A model generated the notes under the pieces. It searched no databases. It was not told where the DNA came from and saw nothing but the letters and a program-made list of their open reading frames with translations. A stretch of DNA of 64,000 nucleotides from the human T2T-CHM13v2.0 reference genome, Homo sapiens, in NCBI RefSeq assembly GCF_009914755.1, contig NC_060937.1; one strand, given 5' to 3'. The translations under genes and the position numbers were made by a program. Each line of letters starts with the position of its first letter. The first letter of the stretch is position 1. Of the stretch, positions 45,650 to 59,773 are shown one piece after another.

Positions 45650-45830
45650 ACCGCTACCATTTAATGAATATCTCCACATCTAAGCCTTGTGCAGTTTGCC
45701 TTAATGCATCATTTTATTTAATCCTCACACAACCATATGTAGGTATAAATTAGTATTTCCATTTTAAAAGTGAATAATTTGAGTGTGGAAGAGTTTAAGT
45801 AACATAAGAATGACTCTGAGTTAGAATACC
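45650..45830 (-). mobile_element. MIR fragment
   Basis: ttttatttaatcctcacacaaccatatgtagg...ttccatttta...gagtttaagtaac. Confidence 0.6.
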
Positions 45831-46099
45831 TTTCTGAATTCTTCTTTGTTTGTTTTGTCTTATTCACATTGTGTTATTGTTAGATGAGTGATTGTGAATA
45901 ACTGGTACCTTTAAGAGCAACACTCTCCACTGGAAGAAAGATGTCACATGTTCCAAAGACCCATTAAAGATGCTCAAGGGACCAAGAAGAGGGTTCGACT
46001 TAGTAAAGCCACTCCAGTACTTCACTCTTGCTTATATCTCTAAATGTGGCTGCCTCTTCTGGCTCATGTGTATAGACTTAGATAAATAATTAGAAAAGT

Positions 46100-46330
46100 A
46101 ACTATTATTTTTAGAGGAATTACCACAACCAGGGTCTGTACTAAGCACCTAAAATTAGATGTTTTTATTTAATTTTCACAACTTAAAGACAGGTACAATG
46201 ATCACATTTTGCAGATGAATACACTGAATCTCAGGGTGACTAAATGTTTTCATCAAAGTCACAAAGGTGATTAATGACACAGCCAGAATTTGAACCTAGG
46301 CTGGCAAGTTGAAACCTTAGGCTCTTGCTA
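46100..46330 (-). mobile_element. MIR
   Basis: atttaattttcacaac...cattttgcagatgaatacactgaatctcag...aaagtcaca...cagccagaatttgaacctagg. Confidence 0.75.
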
Positions 46331-49300
46331 ACATACCATATAACATTTTCCCCCTAGTTTCTACTTTCACATGTGACATTTCTTGGTGCCTACTTGTGCA
46401 ACTGTATCCCTGACTTCTCCCCTACATTTAGTGTGGCCTTATGTCTGCTTCCCAAAAATGTCTTTGTTTACATCAGTTGTCCTGGTCTTCTGTGTGTTTA
46501 GACCCACATTCATTCTCAAAAGGGACTAAGTGTAGAGAACGAATTATATGGTCACCTTACCAAAAGCCAATGAAGATATATGCTGGAATTCACCTGATAT
46601 CTCATTGTGAGCCAGCCCCGCATCTGAGATCCGTCTCTGCTCAGGGCCATTGCAGTTTCTCTGACACATAGGAAAACAAGTAATTCTGGTCATACAGAGA
46701 CTATATGACTAAGAAATTCAGCATCTGGAAACCAGATTTTTAATAACAATGAAGGTGAGAATATTATTCATATTACCAACCTCCTCCAGAAAATACCTCG
46801 GAAGTGTGCTCAAGGTTGCCGTGGCAATCAGGACCTTATTAAAAGTTAGTTTAAAGATTATTAACTGAAAGTATTATAAGTTAAAATTGTTTAAGGTTGA
46901 AATAGATGCGTCAGAGATTTTTTTAAGAGCATCTCTGAAACTGTGCCTTGAAAAACAGTATAAACAGCTAAGTTGAGTTGTAACAACTGACAAACAGAAA
47001 ATATTCTGGTATCCTGATTACATTCTTCTATTAGTACACTGTAACAGTTTCTCTAGAAATACACCGTTCTCAGTTCTTTCAAAATATTTTCTTTCTTCAA
47101 GAGCCCCTTACTGATAGTTTTGAATCTTGATGATCTGTTAAGACTATTATTTATCAGTGGCCTATAGTCATATCCATGATGTCCAAGGAGGAGACAGGAG
47201 CTGTTTGGTCCATCCTGAAATTACAGCTGATACTAGAAATAATGTAAGCCAAGTGAATGCTTATTTTATGTAAGACTACAGATGCTTAGATTCATTGCAA
47301 ATTTTACTGAGTAGCTAAAACATGTAATAATGTTCAAGAAAATGTAAGTACTGTATTTAGAATTGATACAAGTTGCAAAGACGCCTTTAAGAACATCTGA
47401 TTTCCTAAGTAATCTTTTCATTTAACAAATTTCATGGTATATAGATTTGAGAAAACCAGATGCTCAGAAATATGCTGAAATTGAGTATTATAACTTTAAG
47501 TGCCACAAAATGGAGTCAAGCTTCCAAACCTTCCCTCTGCCTGCTCTGCCGTGTGTTTTTCCTGCATATACCAGTAAAAGGTCCTGATATTTTCTTTTTA
47601 ATTGCTATACTTCCGCAGTCCTAGGAATTTGGGGATCAGTTTGGGATGAAGAATCATGCCAGGAAGATAAATTACATTCATATGTCAGATATTGCCTCAC
47701 AATGCTATCTAGCTCAGTAGGCTATAAGGAGCCCCCACTCACCAGGCCAGGCTCCAGCCAAAAAATAAATAAATATATAAATAAAAGAACACCTACTGTT
47801 TCTCCATCAAGGGCAACTCTCTCAGAGGGCAAACAAAAGCAACAGAGGGAGGCCAACCATATCCATGCAGTACTATGGGTTGCTATGCAACCCTCCGTGC
47901 AAGTTGGGCAGCAACAGATGGACACTTTGAATAGAATTAATGCCCCTCTGACCCATGTTTTAAATAGTACCCAAACCTACTGCCTGATGAATTCTATTAA
48001 CTATAGGCATACTTACACATATAAAATATGGCATCATAACTGACATTGTTATTACCCTCTTTACTAAAATAAAGTCATAAATCCATTGCAAAATTTGAGA
48101 CCGATAATATTCAATGAGATATTTCTATTTTTTTCCTTTTTTCATGATAAATGAATCACTGATGTCTCATAACCTTGGGCTACATATTTCCTTATAGTGT
48201 TGCTCTGGTTTTATATGCAAAAGTGCAATGCCTGCTCTGAGTTTCAGCTTCAGTTTTACACTGAGTCCAGCTTCTTCCTCAATCATTCTCACGTGTGGGC
48301 TCTGGGTATTGTGTAAGAGACCTCTTTTTATTGTAACTTTAAGAAAGAACATAACATAGAATAAATATTTTATAGATCTTTGTGGGGACAATGTTGTAAC
48401 TTTATTCCTGATTGAACAATCAATCTAAAGGCTATACCCGAAGCCCCAAAAGTTCTTTGTCCATCTGCCTTCTGCCTCAGCCAAGTTTAAGCTACTTTTC
48501 ATCCCTTGTAGTGAGTAGATATCAAAAGAAATCAGTATGCCCTCAAGATTATTAGGATAAGATCCACTCTCTGGTCGCTTAAATTTTATATACTAGGTAA
48601 CTTAGGTTGTTAGAACCTAAAAGAGAGGGATATCAATGCTAAAAAAAATCTAGGAGTACACAATCTCATATTGGTGGCAACAAGCAGTTTTTAATTTTTA
48701 ATGGAGCATATGTATGATATCTTAATAAAGTGGTAAGATAAGATATCTTAATAAAGATCACAGAGCATTGACTTAGAGGAAAGAAACTGGAGAAAGGGCT
48801 CTGGAAAGTTTCTTTTCTTGATATCAGTGTCCTTACCTGTAAAGTAAAGTAAAGAGGTTTTGGCCAGATAATTCCTTTAGCCAAAAGTTAAAGGTTCCAA
48901 CTTTTCCATTCTCTGAAAGATCAAAGACGTCATTAAAATAAAATGAGTGGGAATTTCATTTCTATCAGAGGATAAAGATGGGGATAATATCAAAGCTCAA
49001 TATCCACATCTAATTACAAAATCCTTCTGTTCTGATGATGGAAAATACAGAAGAAATGGGAAGCCCTTGGACTCTAGGACCTAGAATATTCAGCGGGGCT
49101 CCTGTCTCCAGTCTGTGCTTCCATTCCTTGGAGATGCTCATACCCAGGGGAAGAGAGGTGCTTGCCCATTGATTATGTGACTTTTGCAAAATTTTCTATC
49201 CCACTCCGTATTCTCTTGCTAGAACCGTCCTTCTGTGGAGGAGGCAACAGCACGTGTGCCTCCAGTTTTGAAAGTGGTGCTGCTTCTCTGTCAGGCCTCC

Positions 49301-52175
49301 TGCTGCTGCCCAGTATGTCTTCGTTTTGAAAATATGAGCTCAGTTTTCCATGACTGGGCACACAGGCTTGCAGTCTTCTTGCTAGGAGTCATTACTTATA
49401 TATGCCTGCACGTACAGATATGCTTACATACGGACTCACGCAAAATATTTGCTTGTTTTTGTTTGTTTGTGCTCCCACCTCCCTTGAAGGCCCTGGAGGT
49501 GGGAAGCGTGGCATCTTAAATTATTTTGTCATCTCTGGCAAGATTTAGTGTTAATGACTTTATGATGTCTTACCACTTCACTACCACCTGAAATAATCAC
49601 GTAGAAGCAATTCAGTTCAGTAGCTACTTCCTGTCTTTGTAGTCCCATGTACTTTCTGATGAGACAAGAGATTTGATTTAGTCCTACATTTATTCTGGTA
49701 ATTATCATACTGTGTCCCATTGAAGTCTCAAGTTACATATCTTTTGAGAACTGTAACTCCCTATTATTTCACTATATAATGTTTTCAATTCTATTACACT
49801 TAATACACGTATTTCAAAAATAATCTTATTTTATTTTAGAGACTATGACATGTTCAATAGGTTATAAATAATAAAAAACATGACTATTAGAAATAAATGA
49901 GTATCAATAGATGAAATGTGTTTGGATGCTGTAACCCCATATGTATTTTGTTTAAATCCACAGTGATTGACTCTGTTTCTAAGACCATAGGTTCCAAATT
50001 TTGAAATGACCTACCCTAACTGAGGTAGAATTATTTGCAATTTATTTTGATGAAAAAATTACTACCATAATTACTACGGTAATTTTTTTGAATAATTACT
50101 ACTGTATAAATTCTTAGCGATGTAAGAGCCCTTTGGATTCTTCTAGGCCAATTACTTCTTTTCACAAGTGACAGAATGGAATCCACAGTAGGTAGATTTA
50201 GGTATTTTAGCCCAGTTTTTTTTTTTTAATATTGTCGTAGGGTTTTCCAAAGGTACCTAATTCCCTTTTTCTCCCCACCATTCTGGGAAAGTATCATTAG
50301 CAACTATACATAAAAATGTAACTTTGCTTTAAAATAACTAATCATTATATCTAAATTTCTATGTTAAATTTCTTCAAATTTCTCTTAGCTATTGTTTCAA
50401 AATGCACACATTCGTAGATAAAATTCCACTGCAGGGAAAAGTATTCACAAGTAAACATCATCAGTAAAGAATTAAATTTCTTGTGTTAGCTTTTTTTCAA
50501 TCGTATTGAATCTTCAATGTTTAAAAACTAGTTTGAAATGTTCATCAAATCCACTGAACTGCTGAATTTTCACATTTTTTATAATTTGCATTGATTTATG
50601 GATGGTTCTACTTGCTAGAGACTCTGGGTAAGCACAATGAATTTTAAGGATGCTTCTAACGTTTAGAGATTCACCATCAGAACATCATGTAAGGTACAAA
50701 CCCACATATATAAACCTTCATGGCTTGTAATGAAACCTTGTCCCATGACTTGTCTGAGAGAACAGTTATTTCACTTTTGATGAGAAGAAAAATTTGCAAG
50801 TTCAAATGCTTCTGGGGTTTTCTGGACTCCCTCTGGGACTTTCTGTGCTCTCTAGCGCTCTAGGCTCTCTCAGCCACATCTTAAATACTCAGATTTCCCC
50901 AGAGCAAGATTCACAAGACAATTTTTTTTTTGGTCAACTTAATTGTTATGTGACGTGATTTAGTTTCTCTGTCCAGAGACTTCGAATTCCTTAGGAAGTT
51001 TTTTACCTTACACTTTACCCAGGAGAAGTCTTTCAATATGTACATTGATTGAAAAAGAGGAAAATTCTATATGTGGTTCATTATTGTTCTTTAAACCAAT
51101 ATAAGAGAAGGGAACATAGCTTAAACATGTTATTAACATCTAAGGTACAAAAATGTCTATTGAAAATGCTATTAAACAAATTTAAAGATCAGGGCCTTCA
51201 GAATGTTTTAATTTGAAACAATTCTTTTTCTTAAAGACTTTTACAACCAGGCATCTATTTTAGCTGCTTTATCTGCAGCCTGGTCCAGAGAGGTAAACTG
51301 GATTTAATGGGAATTTTAGTTGTTTTGTTTTTTTCTTTCTACAACCTGTTGGTTTCATCTGCGCTAAACTCAGCTCCTACTTATTGTTGAGGGGAATTGA
51401 GCTATTGAAGAGTGGCAGCACTTGCTCCTACATGGGTCAGTGGTGTGCTTCCAGTGTTTCTGTGCTGCACAACAGATTATGAGCGTCACTAATAACCAAG
51501 CTCTTGATTCAATTCAAAGGCTTCCTGTCGTTTATCCAGCAGAGAAGTACAACTAAAGCTGGAAGTGATTGGAAATTGTCTAGTTTTTGTCATTTAAAAG
51601 AAGAAAGGAATTATAAGAAAATAGTAAAGTGTCCAGCTTTATCTTTAAAAATTTGTATATGCCAATGCCTGTATTTTATGAAATTCAATTTCTTTAGTAT
51701 TATACATATGCATATATAGGTAATGATCTAACTTAGCATGTGTCTTTTAACACATTGTTTAGCTACAGTTTTTGACAATATCAGTTTCCACCTTCTGTTT
51801 CAGAAGCTCCTTCCTTTCTGGTTCCTAAGAAACATTTGCCTTTCTTAAAATCTGTGTGTTTCAGTGTATTTTCTATACAATCCACACTAGTTGTAAGACA
51901 TGCTTTGCAATAAAAGAGTGGGTTTCCAAAGTCAGACAAGTTTAGGAAACATTTCATACTACATTCCACCTCTCAAAGATTTGCATATTAGTATACTAAA
52001 ACCTTGGAGAGGTCCTACAGTGACATTGTCTATTTATCTTATTATTTAATCCAGTATCCTAGATAATGTTCCTCTTTTTTTATGCAGTACAACCTGTTGC
52101 GTATTATTGCATGGAGCTTCAGGAATCGCATTTTGGGAAGACAGCATAGTGTTGTATCGTAACTTTAATATAATT

Positions 52176-52358
52176 CAGTGGTTCTCAAAATGTGGAGTCT
52201 GGGCCATCAATACCTGAGAACTTATTAGAAATGTAAATTCTCAGCCCTCCTCCCCTGACCACAGACCTTGAATCAGAAACTCATTAGGTAGGTAGGGTTC
52301 TGGCAATCTGTGTTTATAATCAAACTCCAGATGTTTCTGACATGTGCTAATTTCACTG
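52176..52358. mobile_element. MER5A hAT MITE
   Basis: cagtggttctcaaaatgtgg...acctgagaacttattagaaatgtaaattctcagccc...tgaatcagaaactc...gcaatctgtgttt...cactg. Confidence 0.85.
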
Positions 52359-54035
52359 GTCTAATTCCACTAGCTTCACTTTATTCATCTAATTTTTTGA
52401 TTGAGTGGAATAAGTGGGTGACAGAAAAGTAAACTTTAAAACTGGGTAGTTGTACTACTTAGGATGTAAGACTGCCTTAATTGTCAAGGGTTGCTGCCAT
52501 GACTAAAATTAAATTAGGCAAAACATGGAATATATTGGCTCTTATAATGAAACTGCTGGAACAACAGTCATGAAACAGCAACCCAGGCATCAGAGACTTG
52601 AATGTTATCAATCCCTTCTCTACTTCTCATTTTTCCTTTACCCCTGTTACGTAACAGCTTCGTCTCAGTGGGAAGGAGGTTCAATGACTGGTCCATCTTG
52701 GTCAGGTGCTCACCCTAGACCAATCTCTGTGCTGGGGCTGTGTGATTAAAATCCAGAAATGAAGAGGAATGTTGTGGAATAGAAGAGAGAGAAACACAGA
52801 TGTGACCACTGAGGAAATAACAGTTTGCATTTTCTAAAATTATTTTTTGCTTTAGGAGATCGTCCCTTCTAGGCTGTTAGAAAAATGAACCACTCATATT
52901 TGGTCAAAAAATTTGTTTTATGAAATTTGCCTTCAACTGAAGAAAAAAGGTAATGTCAAAGGAGCAAGGAATAGGGTAGGCTTAATACCACCAGTTCCCT
53001 TTTTGGAGTCAATTACCTCTAGGGTTTCTATAGTTTACGCTTCAAGGAGAGCTACGGTTAAATACCTACATTTGCTAGCAGAACTTTTTTTTTTAATTTT
53101 AACTTTTTTGTAATGCCATGTTGTTTATTAGGCTGGAAACATTTTTCACCATTTATGATTACTTATAATGAATGAGACAGACACTATATATGCATAGTTG
53201 CATACATGCAACTCCAATAGCTAACCTGGTTAAAAATAAAAAGTGAAAAATGAATTTTTGTTAACGTATCTCATTTTGACAACTTACATTATACAATACT
53301 CTTTTGCATGAATTAGCACTTTAAAGCAGATGTCTTCTAGACAATCTCAGAAAAATATTTTGGATGGATTGGCAGGAAACACTTAAACATTTAGCATTTC
53401 TAAATCTCAAAATCTTTGGAAAATTTCCAATTATAATATAAAATTAGGATGGACTACAGTATGGTATGGAAACATCTCAGAAATTTCAATAGTTTAAAGC
53501 AACGAAGATGTAGTTCTTGTACATTCTGTGTCCACAAAAGCTGTGCAGAAAACCTGCTCATTGTGTCTCTGAGAGACATAGTGCCAGCACAAATTTAAAA
53601 GGAATTTTAGTACTTGGTAAAAAGCTACAAGAAGAGTTTTATTTTTTTTAATTAATGAAACATTTATTAATCCAAGCATTGGGGTTAGAAATACACAATC
53701 TTTCTCACAACAAATCCTCATTTTAACATGTGAAATAGGTATATAAACAAGTTATTTTAAGGCAAACACATTGAGAAGATTGCAAAATGCCCTCAAGGAA
53801 CCACTAATTTTGCTTTAGGTGAAATCCTATTATCTATAGACTTTTCTCTTCTTCATGGTTGTGGGAGTTGGGGAGAACTATATAGATATTAAGCAGGTAC
53901 TAAACATTTCATACACGTATGTCCTCTTGGTGATGCACATTTACCCCTCCTCTCCCATTTCAAATAGGAAAATAAAAGGTAATATGTTTTTAAATCATTA
54001 CCGAATATTGACAGCCATAACAATTTTCAACAGAA

Positions 54036-54312
54036 TTTTTTTTTTTTTTGAGACAGAGTCTCCCTCTGTCACCCAGGCTGGAGTGCAATGGCGCGATCTC
54101 GGGGCTCACTGCACCCTCCGCCTCCCGGGTTCAAGCAATTCTCTTGCCTCAGCCTCCCGAGTAGCTGGGACTACAGGCACTCACCAACATGCCCAGCTAG
54201 TTTTTGTATTTTTAGTAGAGATGGGATTTCACCATTTTGGCAGGATGGTCTCTATCTCTTGACCTCATGATCCACCCACCTTGGCCTCCCAAAGTGCTGG
54301 GATTACAGGCGT
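54036..54312 (-). mobile_element. AluSc-like, slightly 5'-truncated
   Basis: ggcaggatggtctctatctcttgacctcatgatcc. TSD caacagaattttt lies at about 54028-54040 and 54315-54327. Confidence 0.93.
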
Positions 54313-54328
54313 TCCAACAGAATTTTTT

Positions 54329-54423
54329 TGTGGCCCTGTAGAAAAGGAATATGTTGAAAAGTTTTCTTCAACAGAATTTTCAAAAAAAACTTTTCAACAT
54401 ATTCCTTTTCTAACAGGGCCACA
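54329..54423. repeat. Inverted repeat (37/38-bp arms, 20-nt spacer)
   Basis: tgtggccctgtagaaaaggaatatgttgaaaagtttt and aaaacttttcaacatattccttttctaacagggccaca are perfectly complementary except for one 1-bp indel. Confidence 0.95.
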
Positions 54424-54634
54424 CTTAATTGAGCACATGTGTTTCAGATAAATTACAGGCATTATTGCCAATTCTCACAAAAAGTATTATATAATACCTC
54501 CTATCTTTAATATAGGAAACTGAAGCTCTGAAAGGTCTAAAATATATGTAGTAGGCTGTAATCTCCATGTAGACTAATGTTTATTATGTGTGTAGTAGAT
54601 GTACATAATAAACAATAGGCAATTTATGCATATA

Positions 54635-54770
54635 GTAGTCTGTAAATTTCATGAGGGCAGGAACTGTGATTGTCATTCATTGAGTCTTCAGCACCTAATA
54701 AGGTGCCTGGCGCACAGTAGGTTATCAAAAATATAGATTGAATGAATGGATTAAATAATGAATGGATAGA
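54635..54770 (+). mobile_element. L2 3' terminus
   Basis: tagtctgtaaatttcatgagggcaggaactgtg...gtgcctggcgcacagtagg...ttgaatgaatgga. Confidence 0.8.
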
Positions 54771-54957
54771 TGTGAGGGAACTGGAATTAGATCAAACTCT
54801 GCATGACTCTAAAACCTGAACTTAATGCAGCTTTGTGCTACCTTCAAAGGCTTCCTGTCATCTGTTAAAGAATGTCTGAAAAATGTGTCAATGCAAGCCT
54901 TCCACCACCTTGTTCCAGTCTTTCCAGTATTGTCTTCTACTACATCTTGTGATATCC

Positions 54958-55093
54958 TCTTTTTCTTTCTTTTTTTGAGACAGACTCTCACTGTGTTCTC
55001 CAGGCTGGTCTCAAACACCTGGGCTCAAGGTATCTTCCCGCCTCACCCTTCCCAGTAGCTGGAATTACAGGTGTGCACCACTGTGCCCAGCTA
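54958..55093 (-). mobile_element. FLAM (Alu monomer)
   Basis: gagacagactctcactgtgttctccaggctggtctcaaacacctgggctcaagg...accactgtgcccagct. Confidence 0.88.
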
Positions 55094-55244
55094 TGATGTA
55101 CATTTTGACCAAGGCCAGGATATTCGAGTCTGTTAAACTTTGCCGCGCAAATTTCTGTCTCTTAAGTTGAACTTCATTCACATCTAAAATGTGCTCTCTT
55201 GTTCTCATCTACTACTTGTATTTCTCCACTGGGCCTAATACTGC

Positions 55245-55552
55245 CGCCTAGGAAGTTATTTGGAAATATGTAGGGCAATTTTGTATCTTAAGTGAATAAG
55301 ATTCATATAAAGAGGAGTCCAGGGATTCTAAATATCTTGCAATGTATGGATGGGGCCATCCTGCATAACAAAGAATTATGTGAAGAATTATGTTCTTTTT
55401 GTTTGTTTGTTTTTCAAGATGGGGTCTTGCTCTGTTGCCCAGGCTGGAGTGCACTGGTGCGATCTTGGCTCAGTGCAAGCTCCGTCTCCCAGGTTCAAGC
55501 AAAGGAATTATGTTCTTATACCCAAAAGCCAATAACCTAAAAAACTTTGATA
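55245..55552. mobile_element. MER20/MER20B-like hAT fragment, split by a truncated Alu
   Basis: tttggaaatatgtagggcaatttt...ccagggattctaaatatcttgcaatg...acaaagaattatg...cccaaaagccaata. Confidence 0.55.
55398..55502 (-). mobile_element. Severely 5'-truncated Alu (3' end of right arm)
   Basis: A 13-bp TSD, gaattatgttctt, lies at 55385-55397 and 55505-55517. Confidence 0.9.
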
Positions 55553-55579
55553 AACAGTATGTGTCTAACTCAGTCCAGA

Positions 55580-55778
55580 GTCAGCACAATGCAGTCATGA
55601 TTAGCATTAGAGCCAACCGATGCTTAATCCCAGCTATGTCACTTACTAATTATACTATTTTGAGTCATTTAGATGCATATAACTTCAGTTTTCTCATCTG
55701 TAAAATGTGTTTAATAATGTATTTCAGCAATGAGGTGGGAAGTAGAGATGAGAAATAAAAAACTCTAGCACATAGTTG
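55580..55778 (+). mobile_element. MIR
   Basis: aatcccagctatgtcacttactaat...cttcagttttctcatctgtaaaatg (MIR core). Confidence 0.8.
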
Positions 55779-57888
55779 GTTTTTAAAATAAGAGCTATTC
55801 TTAACACACCCTTGAAACCAACATCAAGCCCCAACCTCCTTGAAACCATGCTATTCCAGCTGAGAATATCCTTTCCTTCTTCTCAACCACTGTGTTTTAG
55901 TCAGGGGTCTTTTAGTTGCAAGAAAAAGGAACTAGTTCAAGTTGTCTCAGGGAGAAAAAAGAAAGTTTATTGGCAAGGTACTGCATCAGTTAGGATTCTT
56001 TGTGTTGTAAGTGACAAAGTAAAACTGACTTAATAGAGAGATGTATTACTTCACATAATTTTTAGAAGACTATAAAATCCACAATGACAATTCATGTATA
56101 TAGTAAATACAAGCTCTGTGAGTGCAGTGGTTCTGTTTGTCTTATTTATAGTTGGTTTTGTTCTCACATTCCATATGGTAAAGTCCTGGCAAATCCAGAC
56201 TTTCCTCTCATAGTATTAACAAAGCCTGCTACAGTATCGGATCACTTATCTATACACCAACTATCCCTGGGGAAGAGAATGAGCGCTTCTAGCAGAGCCC
56301 AAGGAAGAAATAACTTTTCTCTCTCAGAAACTTTTATCTCATGGGCTTTAGGAAAAATTACAGATCCATTTCTAAACCAACCGCAGAGGTTGGGGTAGGA
56401 AGTGAAATTATTTGAAAAAGCAAACAAACAAAAATTTGCTTAAGCTCATTAGAACCCAGCCATTAATTTGAGAGGTAAATCGACCCTCTCTCCTCCAAAT
56501 AACTGACAATGGAAGAGGAGTGGCTTCTTAAAAGATAGGAGAATTGTTAGCAAGCATGGGAAAGAGGTGGAATCATGTGGTACAAAACATGACCGCTATA
56601 GTGGTAATAGAGATCATGGCTTAGATTTTTCCCAAGAAAATAAAATAAGTCTAGAGAATAAGTAGGCAGGCAACTGCAAAAAATTAATTGGGTAATGCCC
56701 TAACATGTACCAAGCCCTACTTTCAGCTCTGAGGCTTCAACTATGAATAAAATGACTATCTTCCCCACCATATGAGAGTTAGTCTTCTGGTAGATAAGAT
56801 AGTCAAACCTAAAGGTGATTCAGACTTCAAAGCTTCCTTCCTATGAACAGTTTACTTGTTTGCAGGTCAGTTTACTTAGAATTTCAAAGAGAATACAACC
56901 AACCACATGTAATCATGTGTAAATGGTGGGCAAACCTGCTATACTTTTGTTTTTACCATGTAACATTTTTTTTTGCAATTATGATATAGTGTAGTGGCTT
57001 TTTTTTAATTTTGTTTTTTGTTTTGCAAATGAAAATTTTCAAATGGGTGGTAAAGTAGAGACTTAGTAGTACTGAAAAATAATGTCAGTAGAGAGTTGGA
57101 TACCTAATCGATGTCTTGATCAAAGCTTCAGGAAGCTTGGGAAATTAGCAGCCTCCATTTAATAGAAGGGTAGATGAGTGGTGATCTTAGACATAAGCAG
57201 CTCTGTGAAAGCAAGGAGGGTGAAGATATTGAGAGGTTTGCTTGCCATATTTGAAGTCTTATATTAGTCATTATTTTCAACAACTCTTACCACGTAGCCA
57301 AACAAGGGAGTTCATATTAAATATTTTGGATGTTTATGTTTTATTTCTTCAAGTAGGTTGTATTATTCTTGCATTTTTTCACCTTATCTTGTGCACTTAG
57401 TTAGCACACTGGTGATACCTAGTGTACTTAGTAGTCACTAGTCATTGGGTTAATTAACTGAAATAAAAGGGTAGGGGTAAATTTTTGAAACAGATATAAT
57501 AATTATCATTAACTCCCAAACTCTTATTTTGCCCCTCTGGATCCCTGGAAAAGAAGTTAAATCATAAGATTGTGCAGATTCTAACCCTACTGGGGGCACT
57601 TAGAAGGAAATAATTTATCAAGTGATAAGGAGCAGTAATAAAAATTCATTCTCAAATAAATTATTGTGATAAGCAGTGAGGTTTTTTTAGTTATTAAAGA
57701 ACTTGCTTGCAGGAAGCTGAAAATTCACACTGTGGTCAGGGTCGCAACTAGCTCTTCATTATGACACAAATGATCTCATGAAGAAACCTATTGGTGATAA
57801 AACACAGTGTGGATAGCACTCGCCTTAGAAGCAAAGGTGAGTAGCTTCTCAAAAGATAGGTAGGAAAATTCCTATTGAAGAAGCTATT

Positions 57889-58259
<371 letters not shown>

Positions 58260-58599
58260 TCATCCACACCCCCAGCAACGGGATGCAAGTTTCTACATGT
58301 GTGACAAATCTTATCTTTCTGGGGAAAGAATTCACAACTTTCCCCCAATTTTAAAGGTAGCTGAACCTAGATGAAAGATGTAGACCCATGATTCTATAGT
58401 TATTGTAGGGAAAATATGTGAGCAATAAAAACAAAGCCTTTGGCATGCCATGGTAAGATTGGCCCTATAGTACTTTGCTGTTACCCATTAGACAATGTGT
58501 GCCTCGTGGAGTTTTGGTGACAGATGTCTTGCAATGCAAATCTGAAGTATTATGTTCCTGAATTTAGCCAATGGGAACTCTGTTTTTGTAGTCAATCAA

Positions 58600-59365
58600 G
58601 TGTGGCTATACTTGTGTCACACTTGAGTTCATTCCTGTTTGTATCTCATATCCAATCAGTCAGAGAATTCTGTTCAACCACTGCTCTTTCTTTCCAAGGC
58701 TATCTCTATTGTCCAAGCCACTGTCATATCTTGCCAGGATTATTGCAATAGTCTTTTAATTGGTCTCCCTGCTTCTGCCTCTGCACATTTCCATCTACTC
58801 CCAACACAGCAGTTGCAGAGCTCCTGTCAAGCTAAAGTCAAATTATATATTTCCTGTGTTCAATACTTTCTAATGCCTTCCAGTTTTATTCAGAATAAAA
58901 GCCCAGGTATGTTCTCGACTTATAAGGCCCTACATGATGTGGCTACCTGTCATCCATCTGAACTCATCTTCTGCTATTCTCTCACTCACTTGTTTCCAGA
59001 CTCATTTGTTTCTCTATTGTCCCATAAATGTATCAAGCTGGCTCCTGTTTCAGAGAGCTTGCTTTGGTCTTCCCTCTTCCTGGAATGTGTTTCAACTAGC
59101 TCTCCTCACAATTTGCTCTCTCACTTTAGATTTTTATTTAAAAGTGCCCTTTACTGGCCTGGCTACCCTAATGAAAATCTCAATCTCACCTGCCTTAGTG
59201 ACTTCACTTTTCTCATCTGAAGTATAACACATGTATTTACTTTATTTATTGTCTTCCCCACTAGAATTTAAGTTCCACAAAGGCCAGGATTTTTGTCGGT
59301 TGTATGTGCTGCTATAACCCCCGAGAGTCAGACAGCACCTGATACAGTGTAGGCAAGAAACACTT
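58600..59365 (+). mobile_element. L2 3' region
   Basis: ORF 58639-59220 contains IVQATVISCQDYCNSLLIGLP (the L2 ORF motif LDYCNSLL.GLP). It ends with an L2 tail, ccactagaatttaagttccacaaaggccagga. Confidence 0.85.
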
Positions 59366-59389
59366 GCAGGACATGTGGGAACTGCATAG

Positions 59390-59773
<384 letters not shown>

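Noticed and set aside
50053-50105. Small aaaaaattac...gtaatttttt inverted repeat with aattactac repeats
   Set aside because: It is short and low-complexity, as expected by chance in AT-rich DNA.
58639-59220. Longest ORF (193 aa) as a domesticated gene
   Set aside because: It is L2-derived (DYCNSLLIGLP), has a non-ATG start and runs into L2 3' sequence. There is no evidence of selection.
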